Position numbers and translations under genes: made by a program. Shown piece after piece: positions 1-10,282 of a stretch of DNA of 64,000 nt. This DNA comes from Cyanobacteria bacterium P01_F01_bin.150. Its GTDB lineage: Bacteria; Cyanobacteriota; Cyanobacteriia; CAKZMO01. Under the pieces are notes generated by a model, which saw only the letters and a list, made by a program, of their open reading frames with translations, was not told where the DNA came from and did not search any database. Every line of letters starts with the position of its first letter. Positions within the stretch are counted from its first letter, which is position 1. The DNA is taken from NCBI GenBank assembly GCA_039189765.1, contig JBCCYL010000017.1, positions 1-64,000 of the forward strand, in the 5' to 3' direction.

Positions 1-298
1 GCAATGGACAAACCGAGGGACAGGTGAATCGATTAAAGATGCTCAAACGACAGATGTTTGGTCGAGCTGGATTGAAGCTCCTTGAAAAACGAGTCGTTCT
101 GGCTCACTAACGGTACGGTCGCACTCTTCAGGTCTATCTAATGCTTTTGGATAGGAGCATTGACAGGTCCGTATGACTCAATCGGCACTGCGCCTCAACT
201 GACCGAACAAGGCAGACAACATCCCTCTCAACAGCTCATCTGTTAACCCACAAAACACGGATGTTACCCCCTGCTTCACCAAAAGTGCGTAAGAACCC
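1..298 (+). mobile_element. Right end of an ISL3-family IS; transposase C-terminus at 3..110
   Basis: 3..110 translates to NGQTEGQVNRLKMLKRQMFGRAGLKLLEKRV*, the typical ISL3 transposase C-terminal motif; a probable terminal IR ends in ...GTAAGAACCC near 298. Confidence 0.8.
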
Positions 299-366
299 AA
301 AAAGCGTGACACGCGACACCACACTCAGTGGCGCAACAAAACACAATGGGGATAGATGCAGCAAGG

Positions 367-3300
367 CTAGACTCTCATACCGTTGACCTTTTTGCAACGG
401 AACTCCTGCAAAAAGGTCTCAATCAAATTACAAGTTGTCTGCACTCCATTTTCTAAGTCCATCAGTTTAGAGATTTCTACTGCTCTAGCAGCATACCGAG
501 GATTAAATAATATCTCCTTTAGCTCAACAATTGCCCGATCCGCTGTGTACTCGCAATGATTTATGGTACGTCCAACTCCCAAACGCGCTAGCCGTGCAGC
601 ATTATCTGGCTGGTCATGGGTAAAGGGCACAACTAACATTGGTTTGCCAGAACGCAAGGCTTGCCCTGTCGTTCCAACTCCGCCATGATGAACAATAGCC
701 GCTGCGCGAGGTAAAATTACGGAGTGAGGGATGTAATCAACTGCAATCACTCCTTTCGGTAGTTCATTTGCTGTAATATTATTGGCACTTGGCCCCATTA
801 ACAAAACAGCACGATAGCCTAGTGCCTCAGCAGCTCTTATACTTGTGAGATAAAAGTTACCTGGAGTCCATACAGCTGATGACCCTAAGGTGAAAACAAT
901 AGGGGGTTCTCCGGTATCTAGAAAGTGATGAAGTTCGGGAGAGCATTGTTGATCAGTCAAACGATGATAGAAAGGAAAACCTGTCATACGAGTTTGAGAT
1001 GGCCAATCCAGTTGGGGAGATGCCAGCAGAGGGGAAAAGAGAGCCAACACCAAATGAGGAGAGTGTTTTCCTTCAAAGACTGGATCACAACTAGGTTCTA
1101 ATTCTAATTCAGAACTAAGTTGCCGTATCGGTCCACTCCAATGGCGAGCTTGCCACTGATTAAAGCGTAGTAAAGCATCATTAGATACTAATCTTAATGC
1201 ATTTTCATAGGCAGAATTAGAAGGAGGAGATTTACCAGGTAAATCATAGGCAGACATCATAGAGAGAGGGGATAGCACTGTGGAAATCCAGGGAATCTCT
1301 GCGGTTTTAGCTACTAAGTATCCGGAGAAGGATAGAGGATGAGTTATGAGTAAATCAGCAGCCTGTGTTGCTTGTTTCAAGTCAATAAAGGAAGAACGTA
1401 AATGAGGCATCAAGTTATAACAAATGTCATGTTCAATTTCTCGTTGACACTCTCTAAGAGCATTAACCCACTCCCAATCCTGTTGTTGTGCAAGAAAAGA
1501 TATATCTGGTCGAATAGAACAGAACTCAATGTTTTCAGCTTCAATGTTGTGGCGGAAGCTTTCACTTGTGGCAATCACCGGACAGTGTCCTCTTGCTTTG
1601 AGACCTTTGGCGATCGCCATATAGGGATAAACATCTCCAAGGGAGCCGTAGGCTGTCATGATAATGCGTTTCCCTCTCTCTTGCAAAGAGATGTTTTCTT
1701 GGCTTGATGTAAATGTTGGAGTTGGTTTTCTTGCTATAGGTATGCTCGTATCCCTGGAGTGAGTAAACTCTTCTGTTTGAGAAATACTTTTTTCTTCCTT
1801 GTCTTTTTGAAACTTGTCTTCTTGAGACAAGCTTTCCTGAGGAGAGATTTGCGATTCAGGTGAGGTAGTTCTTGTAATTGCTAGTGAAATTCCTCCACGA
1901 TTATCACTCAATTGCTCATCATAAATAAAAAAGTATACCTCACTCTTTGATACCAGGGTAAAGGATGTATTTTGAGCTTTTGTCAGCGCCTGTAACGGCT
2001 GATTATATATGCCAGTTGCATCAATTTTTACAAAGAATTCTTTTGAGACAATTAAGTAACTATTCTCCCATCCATTAATGCAACTTTCACCATTTATATC
2101 ACATCCATAAGTCCATTTCCCTCGACTCCATGCGTCATATTTTCCGCCTTTTGCTTGGCCAATTACTCTTACGTCATATATACCCAAGGGCAATGTATGT
2201 ACAACTGAATGGTCTTGATTATTCTTAGTGGCGTCAATATCAATAATAATGGTATTGCTAATTTGATTTGGAAATACAGTTGAGGCTACTTTATTTGAAT
2301 AGCTTTTTCTAATATAAGGATACGTAACCCAGTCAACTATATAGTAAGTTTCAGAATCTAAAATACTATAGTTGGACTCATAATCTTCTGGTTCAATTTT
2401 TTCCGTTTGCAGAGCTGAGAAAGAACTTATTTGATCTCGATCAACTATTCGTCCTGTAAAAAATGATGTACTATTAGAGATGTCTATATTATTACTTAAG
2501 TGAAACTGATTTTTATCTGACTTAAAATATACCCTTGAATCAGTCAAACTATTATTAAAGTAATCCTGTGAGAAGGTTAGAGAATCATCTGAAACGTTCG
2601 GTTTGATATCTGAGCTAATTTCACCATGGTTTGACGAGTTGACAATCTGCAAAAGTGGTGAGCGATTTTCTTTTTTCGGAATGTATTTTGTCAAACGAAC
2701 TTTAGAGTAATACTTTTTCCCTAATAACCAAGTAATTCCAAGCAGAGAAAGTAGTAATAATATAGTTAGAAAAATATTTATTTGTTTAATCTTTATGATT
2801 TCCGAATTCTTTTGAGAAGAGTTAGAGCTATCTTCTTGAATAACTGTATCTGAATTACTTTCAAAATCACTTTTCAAAGCCTTGGCTTCTGAAGCAGAAA
2901 TGAGATTAAGTTCAGCTATAGCCTGAATAAAATACTGAACAGCAGGATTAGATAAATCTTTATAAGAGTAGTAACGAGGTTGTGAAAAAGGATATCGTGG
3001 ATCAATTACAGAGACATTATGCATTGTAAGAATGCGAAGTTCAGGTCGAACTACAGCTTGATCTACGACAAGATAACTGATACCGTCGTTTCCAAGTTCG
3101 TTAATTATAGCTTCAGCGTTAGCCTCTAAGACTTGCTCAGCACTATCTCCTGTTTCGAATTCTGCTTGCTGAAAAACTGGATAGTTCCTAAAATTTTGGC
3201 GAGTGTCACTTATCGATGGATGATCAATAAATCGAATCGTTTGATTGCTCCCACCTACTTCATTCCAGTTGCTAATTTCGCCTCGAAAAATTTTGGCAAA

Positions 3301-3759
3301 CTGCCGGATATCTAAGTTATTTTGAAAGGGATTCTCTTCTCCGACTACAATCGCAATCTTACGTCGAGGGAGTGTGATTGTTTCCAGCCCTTCAGACCGC
3401 TCTTGCTCAGTTAAAGGGCGACCAATCGCTGCAATATCTATTTGGCCATTTTGTAGAGCTTGTAGCGCAGCATCAGTGCCACGGTATTGAAGTTCGATGC
3501 GAACTTTAGAGCCTTGACTTTCCAAAAATTCTTGAATAGCTAGATTTTCACTGGCTACACTATTAGAGCCATCCATTCTAAGGATCAAAGTCTCGTCAGT
3601 TTGCGCAAGTAACGTAGAAATCAGCGTGGAAGTTTGCGCTGCAACAACACTCTCTCCTAAGTAAGGTCTTATCAGATATTCGCTGGCAAGCAAGAGACAA
3701 GACAGGGAGAGTAAGTGGAAGATATGAAATCTCTTTAATAGGAAGAACTGCGAGCACAT
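367..3759 (-). CDS. Fusion: PstS-like substrate-binding domain + TM helix + beta-sandwich + GT1 (UDP-glycosyltransferase) domain
   Basis: Hydrophobic N-terminus; MDGSNS, GTDAALQAL, IDIAAIGRPL and AKIFRGEISNWNEVGG (PBP); TM near aa 328-347; C-terminal GSLGDVYP, HHGGVGTTGQALRSGKP and HDQPDNA (GT-B, GT1). Confidence 0.8.
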   Translation of the reverse strand: MCSQFFLLKRFHIFHLLSLSCLLLASEYLIRPYLGESVVAAQTSTLISTLLAQTDETLILRMDGSNSVASENLAIQEFLESQGSKVRIELQYRGTDAALQALQNGQIDIAAIGRPLTEQERSEGLETITLPRRKIAIVVGEENPFQNNLDIRQFAKIFRGEISNWNEVGGSNQTIRFIDHPSISDTRQNFRNYPVFQQAEFETGDSAEQVLEANAEAIINELGNDGISYLVVDQAVVRPELRILTMHNVSVIDPRYPFSQPRYYSYKDLSNPAVQYFIQAIAELNLISASEAKALKSDFESNSDTVIQEDSSNSSQKNSEIIKIKQINIFLTILLLLSLLGITWLLGKKYYSKVRLTKYIPKKENRSPLLQIVNSSNHGEISSDIKPNVSDDSLTFSQDYFNNSLTDSRVYFKSDKNQFHLSNNIDISNSTSFFTGRIVDRDQISSFSALQTEKIEPEDYESNYSILDSETYYIVDWVTYPYIRKSYSNKVASTVFPNQISNTIIIDIDATKNNQDHSVVHTLPLGIYDVRVIGQAKGGKYDAWSRGKWTYGCDINGESCINGWENSYLIVSKEFFVKIDATGIYNQPLQALTKAQNTSFTLVSKSEVYFFIYDEQLSDNRGGISLAITRTTSPESQISPQESLSQEDKFQKDKEEKSISQTEEFTHSRDTSIPIARKPTPTFTSSQENISLQERGKRIIMTAYGSLGDVYPYMAIAKGLKARGHCPVIATSESFRHNIEAENIEFCSIRPDISFLAQQQDWEWVNALRECQREIEHDICYNLMPHLRSSFIDLKQATQAADLLITHPLSFSGYLVAKTAEIPWISTVLSPLSMMSAYDLPGKSPPSNSAYENALRLVSNDALLRFNQWQARHWSGPIRQLSSELELEPSCDPVFEGKHSPHLVLALFSPLLASPQLDWPSQTRMTGFPFYHRLTDQQCSPELHHFLDTGEPPIVFTLGSSAVWTPGNFYLTSIRAAEALGYRAVLLMGPSANNITANELPKGVIAVDYIPHSVILPRAAAIVHHGGVGTTGQALRSGKPMLVVPFTHDQPDNAARLARLGVGRTINHCEYTADRAIVELKEILFNPRYAARAVEISKLMDLENGVQTTCNLIETFLQEFRCKKVNGMRV

Positions 3760-3930
3760 GTCACTTGAATGGCACTAATTTAAGTAGAGAATTTAAATAG
3801 CTTTCCTGATTTGTGGTGTAAAGTTAACTTTTCACCTCTGAAGCTCTTGAAGTAAGTGGGAAGACAGTATAAGAATCATAAAGCCTCGTATTAGTAGGAA
3901 CTTTTGCCACTAGAAAGCCAGGAAACTCGA

Positions 3931-5010
3931 TTACGTTCTTATGGCTGACTCACTCATATTCTCTTGAGAACTCCAATAGGGAGTGTTATATCTATCGTAG
4001 ATGACGACCTTACCATCATCTTGCACAACCAGTTTACTTGGAGGATGCTTCGAACCAAAAGCCTTTGTGCACCAGGTTACATGACCTGGTGAATTGTAGA
4101 TCACAAAGTTTCCATCAGACTGTTGTAAACGACACTGGAATGCTGGGGGATTTAGATGACTACCTGAATGCCACACAATCCTCATATGTGGTGTTTCTTT
4201 ATTTTCGTAAAGTATCAGGCTCGCATCCTCCTGATAACAGAATGAATAAACTCCATTAGCGGATATCAGGCATTCACCAGGCTCTAAAGCCTCACCGGAA
4301 TGTAATGTATCCCTTGCTACTATGAACGAAGATTTATGTGAAGTCTCTGGTTTGAGCGAGGAGTCTGGTTTATGTAAAGAATCTAGCTCGCGTGATGAGG
4401 AATCTGAGTCTGGATTGGGAGAGGGATCTAGCCCGTGTGCGGAGTCTGGTTTGTGTAAAGAATCTGGCCCACGTGATGAGAAATCTGAGTCTGGCTCGGG
4501 GGCGGGATCCGGTTCAATTAAAGACTGATGAACAGGTATACATTCCCATTGTTGGTTTGGTGTATCTGGAGTTAGTGAGGCAAGGGTAATGGGGGCATAC
4601 TCAGATAACGAAGCCCCCAGAATATCCAAGACACTGTCATCTTCACTATTTTTGATGACAAGACCATCTTGTACCCACCCTTGGGCGCTCTCATTGATTT
4701 CAGGAGAGATTGCTACCAGAGAAGGGTAGAATATACCAAGACTTTTGAGATAATCATAATATGGGTTTGTTTGCCCTAAAATATCCAGCAAATTTTCCAT
4801 TCCAATACCCAGTGTTAAGCCATAGAACTTACTCAGAAGTTTTCCTTCTGGTGTTAGCTTCCAGAGTTGGTTATCGGCTCGGGTTTCTTGTCCAGTTACA
4901 ATCCAAAGTTGTTCTGTTTGTATTCCAAGATATGTTTTGAGAAGATTGTACTGGTCGATCTGGAGGACTAAATCGTTGAGTTTACTCTTAATGAGAAAGT
5001 AATCAGCCAT
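3931..5010 (-). CDS. Lectin-like protein: ricin-B-like N-domain + Pro/Ser/Asp linker + bulb-type (mannose-binding) lectin domain
   Basis: NQLW/NQQW QxW motifs; QSDGNFVIY and QDDGKVVIY resemble the bulb-lectin QxDxNxVxY consensus. Confidence 0.7.
   Translation of the reverse strand: MADYFLIKSKLNDLVLQIDQYNLLKTYLGIQTEQLWIVTGQETRADNQLWKLTPEGKLLSKFYGLTLGIGMENLLDILGQTNPYYDYLKSLGIFYPSLVAISPEINESAQGWVQDGLVIKNSEDDSVLDILGASLSEYAPITLASLTPDTPNQQWECIPVHQSLIEPDPAPEPDSDFSSRGPDSLHKPDSAHGLDPSPNPDSDSSSRELDSLHKPDSSLKPETSHKSSFIVARDTLHSGEALEPGECLISANGVYSFCYQEDASLILYENKETPHMRIVWHSGSHLNPPAFQCRLQQSDGNFVIYNSPGHVTWCTKAFGSKHPPSKLVVQDDGKVVIYDRYNTPYWSSQENMSESAIRT
4360..4497. repeat. Imperfect direct repeat with 81-bp period encoding PDSDxSSRxxDSLHKPDS twice
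   Basis: GGAGTCTGGTTT-TGTAAAGAATCT begins at 4360 and again at 4441. Confidence 0.85.
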
Positions 5011-5092
5011 AATAATTCATTTTCTCAGGTTATTATCAACAATATTTATATTGATCATAATAGGATATAGTAGCATGATACAGCTAAAATTA

Positions 5093-5600
5093 GGTAGTGT
5101 TACACAAGTAGTGATGAGGCTCAATGAGTTGCCAGTTGGGCATTATAGTTGTGGATAAAATACCAAATTTTACCGATATGGTTATCCAATTTTTTAGAGA
5201 AGGATAAGCTTTTGCGGATCAATCTAGAAATGCGTTGACGAAATGTATTATTTAAGCGTTCAATACGGTTCGTTTGTCCCGTCTTCTTTTCCAACTGCTT
5301 GATGACGTTTACTGGGAATGACTTTATTGTAAGACTCCCAAAAATCAGTATAAGCAACAGCACATTGACGATAAACTGCAGGAATACTAGTCCATAATTT
5401 ACGCGCGGATTATATGAGTGCGTTCACACAGCGTTGCCCTTGGCAAATCGCCAATATAACAGCCGACAATTTCACGAGTGTCTCGGTCAATAGCTAATCA
5501 GAGATATCGAATAGAAGCGTAATTTTTCTTGGTTCTATAAAATGACCATATCTCATCACACTCGAGCGTTAATCGGCCTTTCTTTTTTTCTGTAATCTTT
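5093..5600 (-). mobile_element. Degraded IS1-family remnant (insB part and right IR)
   Basis: GQTNRIERLNNTFRQRISRLIRKSLSFSKK; frameshifted upstream; IR GGTAGTGTTACACAAGTAGTGATG resembles the IR at 39152. Confidence 0.85.
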
Positions 5601-5630
5601 ATTTCTATTGGCTTATGTTTTAAGCCGATT

Positions 5631-6695
5631 TTAAATAACATATTCTGCGTAAATTAACCCTTTTGCAAGAATAGTTTCTTCTTGGAGATAAAAATAAAGT
5701 TCAGTGCTCCCTGTCACTTCTTTAATAAAGCTATATTGTCGTGCCTGATTGTCAGGGACAATTAACTCTACCGCAGCATCAAATTGAGCCTTGAGTATCA
5801 GCCGATCTTGTTCATCCATTGCTTGTATTTCCAGTACCTGAGGCATTCTCACAGCGCTGTCTGCAAATAGAGAAGCCATAATACCTGGAAGGCGTGAAGG
5901 ACATTGTGCAGTAGACCATTCCCACTTAATCTGTAGAGTTTTTCCTATAAATACCTTACGCAAGTGAATTCCTTCGTAGATAAAAATATAGGGTAAACCA
6001 CTCAAAGAGTGGTCTTTATCGGTGCGTTTGTCCAACACTAGGGTAAATTTTCTGCCATTTTTCGTTACAAAGAAGGCAACACACCATTCCCAACCAATAT
6101 CTTCACCCCAACGAAAACGACCGAAGTTGCGGTCATGATAGCAAAACCAGGTTTTATCAATTCCAACTCTTTGCCCACGGATCGAGAGTTCCCCCTCGGC
6201 TTGTAAACCTGGCACTAACCCCCAACCGATAAAACCACTTCCAAATGGTGAGTCTTCGGTCACTAGTAAAGGTTCTGCTTGGGCCTGGGCTTGAAAATTT
6301 AGAGATAATTGGGTTCTGGTATCTTGAGTAGCGACCTCAAAGCGATCGCCATCAATTTTGAGGCTAACATTCTTTCCTTGAATTAATAAAGGCGATCGCC
6401 TTACAACCTGTGCTGTCCATGCTTGAGAATAGGCAACTCCAAAAGTGGCAATAGATGTATCCACTAATAGCTGTGAGCGAATTTGTTCTGTAGGAAGACT
6501 CACAATAAATGTTGTCTGAATTTCACCTGACTCAGGTTTGCCTACTAGAGTGATATTTACCAGAATCCGCAAATTTCTCTGAAAATCAATCAGAATGAAA
6601 TGGTACCAATCTTTCCAGCTTTGTGACCAATAAGGGCCATCAAAAGGAATACGGAGTTTTTCAATATGAGTGAGCAATTCTTGATCGATAGCCAT
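5631..6695 (-). CDS. CrtC/AttH/tocopherol-cyclase-like beta-barrel protein
   Basis: WKDWYHF and YHDRNFGRFRWGEDIGWEW motifs; last gene of the prenyltransferase operon. Confidence 0.5.
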   Translation of the reverse strand: MAIDQELLTHIEKLRIPFDGPYWSQSWKDWYHFILIDFQRNLRILVNITLVGKPESGEIQTTFIVSLPTEQIRSQLLVDTSIATFGVAYSQAWTAQVVRRSPLLIQGKNVSLKIDGDRFEVATQDTRTQLSLNFQAQAQAEPLLVTEDSPFGSGFIGWGLVPGLQAEGELSIRGQRVGIDKTWFCYHDRNFGRFRWGEDIGWEWCVAFFVTKNGRKFTLVLDKRTDKDHSLSGLPYIFIYEGIHLRKVFIGKTLQIKWEWSTAQCPSRLPGIMASLFADSAVRMPQVLEIQAMDEQDRLILKAQFDAAVELIVPDNQARQYSFIKEVTGSTELYFYLQEETILAKGLIYAEYVI

Positions 6696-6720
6696 CCAAG
6701 ATACTTCTAACCTATATAGC

Positions 6721-8265
6721 TTATCGATATAGTGAATTTATCTCACCAAGAATATCCTCCATTTGCAGTTGAGGAGAACTCTCCTGCAAATCTTGTTTCG
6801 GTGCTTTGCTGGCAATCGTTTGTAATAAGGCTGCAATTCTAGGAGACACTTGAGCTAACCCTAACATCCCAAAACCAAACCAGCGATCGCTATCCATACC
6901 TAGCTTTTTAACAAAAGCGTCCATTTTATCATCAGTAGTTAAATGATCATTCTTGACTAGCTCGACATGTTCTAGCATTAAGCTAAATAACCACTGCTCA
7001 GCAGTATAAATTAGACCCCCTTGAAGCTTAGAATACCCTAAAGTAACATGATATGCAGAAGCGGCTGCTTGGCTTACATGGAGCCAACGAGGAACATTAG
7101 CAGATGCTAATGTTAGTACTCCGTTCTTAAAGAAACGAGTACGACTCAACTGATTAAGAAGTTGTTCTCCAGGTTTCGTAGTAGCGTATGTCTCGCCTAT
7201 TTGTGCCAGAACAATACATAACTCTACCACTAACCAACGAGCTGGGAGCGTATCTAAAATATGTAGCCCAGCAGTTAGACCTAAATTCACGTCAACTGTT
7301 TTTTCTGTCTGTTTATTTGACTGTTCATTTGATAATGGGACTTCGAAGATGATCTTATTGAGAATAACCATAGTTGTTGGAGAAATCTGAGCTAATCCCA
7401 ATAAGATATTGGCAAACAAGTGTTCTATATCTGACTCTATTTCAAACTCTTCTGGTTCACAATCTTCTGCGGCAGTGAAAGGTTTTTGTAATTGTTCTTC
7501 TCTGCTAAATTCAATATCTTTATCCACAAGGCTCCATAAACAGCGTTCCCAAATATAAAGCAACTTGCCTTTGGATGGATTATCTACTCCTAAAACTTGC
7601 TTTTCTATTGATATTGTGTCCGAAATCCACCGTGGTAGTTGGGCAGCGGCAAAAGCAAGAACTCCTTCTTTAAAGAAAGACGTTGATAGAAGCTTGGTAG
7701 ACATTTGGATGCCTGATATGGTTGTACGAAATTTTTCACCTTGTTGATATGCTTTAAGTAGCAGTTCTGCTACTAACCAACGGGAAGGAATTTTGTCTAG
7801 ATCCATTAGAACTGGTAGTAGCCAATATACTCCCCCTGTTGCGATATAGGAGTTAGAATGAGAAGCCCGATCGACGTTAATATCTGGAGGGAAAGTAATC
7901 TGTACCTCCACTACTTGAGCCTGATATTTCTCCTTTTCTAAAGGCACTATCTCTATCTGAAATGGGATCGCATGCTCATGTAGCCCTGGGTACCTCAACC
8001 AGCTTCTGAGTGTTTGTTGTGGCTGTAAGTCTGAAGGAAGCTGAAGTGTAATCGATTGTCTTGTTTCTCCTTGAGAGTGTAGAGCAACAAAGGGTGGAGA
8101 TATCTGACTCTCTATTGAGAGAATCTGGTTTTGATCGACGACCCAGTCTTCCACTGTAGGCCGTAGTAGTAAGGTCTCACGAGTGTGATTCCGAAGAGAT
8201 AAATTCACTACTATTTTGGCCCCAGGAGTATTTTTGATAGCGACTTGGATAGGTGTTGGGATCAT
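6721..8265 (-). CDS. Hypothetical protein: Ig-like N-domain + two tandem homologous helical domains
   Basis: 514-aa ORF abutting the prenyltransferase stop; internal duplication visible. Confidence 0.65.
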   Translation of the reverse strand: MIPTPIQVAIKNTPGAKIVVNLSLRNHTRETLLLRPTVEDWVVDQNQILSIESQISPPFVALHSQGETRQSITLQLPSDLQPQQTLRSWLRYPGLHEHAIPFQIEIVPLEKEKYQAQVVEVQITFPPDINVDRASHSNSYIATGGVYWLLPVLMDLDKIPSRWLVAELLLKAYQQGEKFRTTISGIQMSTKLLSTSFFKEGVLAFAAAQLPRWISDTISIEKQVLGVDNPSKGKLLYIWERCLWSLVDKDIEFSREEQLQKPFTAAEDCEPEEFEIESDIEHLFANILLGLAQISPTTMVILNKIIFEVPLSNEQSNKQTEKTVDVNLGLTAGLHILDTLPARWLVVELCIVLAQIGETYATTKPGEQLLNQLSRTRFFKNGVLTLASANVPRWLHVSQAAASAYHVTLGYSKLQGGLIYTAEQWLFSLMLEHVELVKNDHLTTDDKMDAFVKKLGMDSDRWFGFGMLGLAQVSPRIAALLQTIASKAPKQDLQESSPQLQMEDILGEINSLYR

Positions 8266-9441
8266 TTATTTATTTCGATAAATAACATAATTAATTAGCT
8301 CTTTGATAAAGCAACGACCATGTACAGCAGAACTCCATTGTTCCATTGGTTGTAGGGGTGAATCAGCTTGAAGAAAATCTAGAAAATTAAAAATCTCAAC
8401 TGCGCGGTCGGCCATTTCCTGTGCAACTTTTCTACCATGGTCAATGCTGCCACAAATATCCATCTGCTGTAGAATAAAAGCAATCTGATCTGATTTTTTA
8501 TCTTTTCGAGGGAGCTTTAATATTTCTATAATTCTAGAGGATTCGCTGCTATTTTTAATCACATGGTTAAGCATTAGTGTTCGCTTTCCTTCATAGATAT
8601 CACCACCAATTTCCTTGCCATAAACTTCTATTTCTCCTTGTAAATTTAGCAAGTCATCTTGAATTTGAAAAGCAATTCCTATCGCCATACCAAATCGAGT
8701 TAGATTTGCTAAAGGTTCAATTAAGTCGTCTCTACTGTACGAAGGATTTCCAACAATTAAGCCAATACGACAAGGAGAGATAAATGTATACCAACATGTT
8801 TTCTTTGTACACATTCTGAAATAATCTTGATCCGTTAAGTGGGCTACATTGCTAGCTATCCAATCTAATTCCATCGCTTGACCCTCAACAGACTGCCTTA
8901 CCATAAATTCGATCTCATGGAGAACGTTGAGGGTTTTGGCCACTCCGATAATAGATAGATTTTCTAATAAAAGGTCCATTGCCAACACATTAGTTGCATC
9001 ACCGGCATTGATAGCACGGGAAACCCCAATCATTTGATGCAGTGTTTCTTTTCCACGCCGAGCGCTAGAACCGTCTTCTATATCATCATGGATTAAGAAA
9101 GCGTTGTGATACAATTCCAAGGCCGCTGCCGTGGTTAAAACTGATTGCCCCATTCCACCAACAGCTCTAGCAATGCTCATGCAGATCGTCGGTCTGAGCA
9201 TTTTGCCGCTTCGGAACGGGTAGTCACTCAATAAATCATATAGGGGAGTATAAGCTCCTGTGAAGTTACGCTTAGTGTCGATTAACTCTTTGATTTTAGT
9301 AGCAATTGCTGAACGAGAGTTTTGTAAGGCTTCATTAATAATCCCCCTGTCGTAGAAGGCTTCTTTAGACTTGCTGTCAGGCAGTCCTTGAGGGCTAGCT
9401 TCCTCTAGGTTACGCCTGAATTCAGAAGTAGGCTGGGTCAT
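8266..9441 (-). CDS. Polyprenyl (GGPP-type) diphosphate synthase
   Basis: GKMLRP, FARM LIHDDIED..RRG, GQAMEL, KKT, SARM FQIQDDLL, GKRTL. Confidence 0.92.
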   Translation of the reverse strand: MTQPTSEFRRNLEEASPQGLPDSKSKEAFYDRGIINEALQNSRSAIATKIKELIDTKRNFTGAYTPLYDLLSDYPFRSGKMLRPTICMSIARAVGGMGQSVLTTAAALELYHNAFLIHDDIEDGSSARRGKETLHQMIGVSRAINAGDATNVLAMDLLLENLSIIGVAKTLNVLHEIEFMVRQSVEGQAMELDWIASNVAHLTDQDYFRMCTKKTCWYTFISPCRIGLIVGNPSYSRDDLIEPLANLTRFGMAIGIAFQIQDDLLNLQGEIEVYGKEIGGDIYEGKRTLMLNHVIKNSSESSRIIEILKLPRKDKKSDQIAFILQQMDICGSIDHGRKVAQEMADRAVEIFNFLDFLQADSPLQPMEQWSSAVHGRCFIKELINYVIYRNK

Positions 9442-9579
9442 GGGTTGAATAATGAGCGTTTCATTCGCGATATCTTAGCTGCAATTCACCTTGCAACCCA
9501 TTTGGCGGCAGAGAGGAGCAAGGTTACAGACTTCGGCTTTAAGAGGTATACCCAGAGACATATAGGCAAAATTAATTTT

Positions 9580-10101
9580 ATGGTCAATTCCTCTAGTAAC
9601 CGCCAGCGGCAATTGGCCCAATGGTTACAACAGTTGGTAAAGGTTCTGGAACTCCAAGAAGGCTCAACTTGGAGAACACTCGTGGCAACGGTTTCTGGAA
9701 AATCAGCTGTGATTAAGCTAGATGATACTTTGCTGCAACTACAGGCTTCGGCAGAGTATCCATTCCAGGTCATTATAGATTACCCGCCAGAATCAGCACC
9801 TGTTAACTTTTGTAGCGATGCAGAAACACTTAGAGATATTATTGCGGGCCAGTTAATTGTGGACCAAGCGATAACAATGGGTCGGATTTACCTACGAGGA
9901 GATTTAAAGGATTTATTGGGAATGCATAAATTGCTAATGGAGATTCTTGCTGATGGTCCTCTTAACCCCCATCTACAAGCTCTCTGGGAAGAGTTTGATC
10001 AACACTGGTTACCTGCATCTGCTTCAACAGCATACTCTTATCTACAGCAACGCCCCATCTATGGTGAGTTCATTCATCACATTCCTAAAGATGTCCTTTG
10101 A
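9580..10101 (+). CDS. SCP2 (sterol carrier)-like lipid-binding protein
   Basis: ETLRDIIAGQLIVDQAITMGRIYLRGDLKDL resembles the SCP2 C-terminal motif; ATG 9580 chosen over 9445, which lies only 3 bp from the divergent gene. Confidence 0.55.
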   Translation: MVNSSSNRQRQLAQWLQQLVKVLELQEGSTWRTLVATVSGKSAVIKLDDTLLQLQASAEYPFQVIIDYPPESAPVNFCSDAETLRDIIAGQLIVDQAITMGRIYLRGDLKDLLGMHKLLMEILADGPLNPHLQALWEEFDQHWLPASASTAYSYLQQRPIYGEFIHHIPKDVL

Positions 10102-10282
10102 GTAAGGGCAAACAACCAAAAATCCACCATTCGTTTTTTGTGTTGGCAGCATATCCTACTGGGCTGAATACTTCTCAACCCTGACAAATGTCATGAGTTT
10201 TTGACAAACAGGCTCGATAAACACTGTGAGCGATTGGGAGACAGATGTTGTATTAATTCATGTAAAGCCCTTCTCCTACCAA

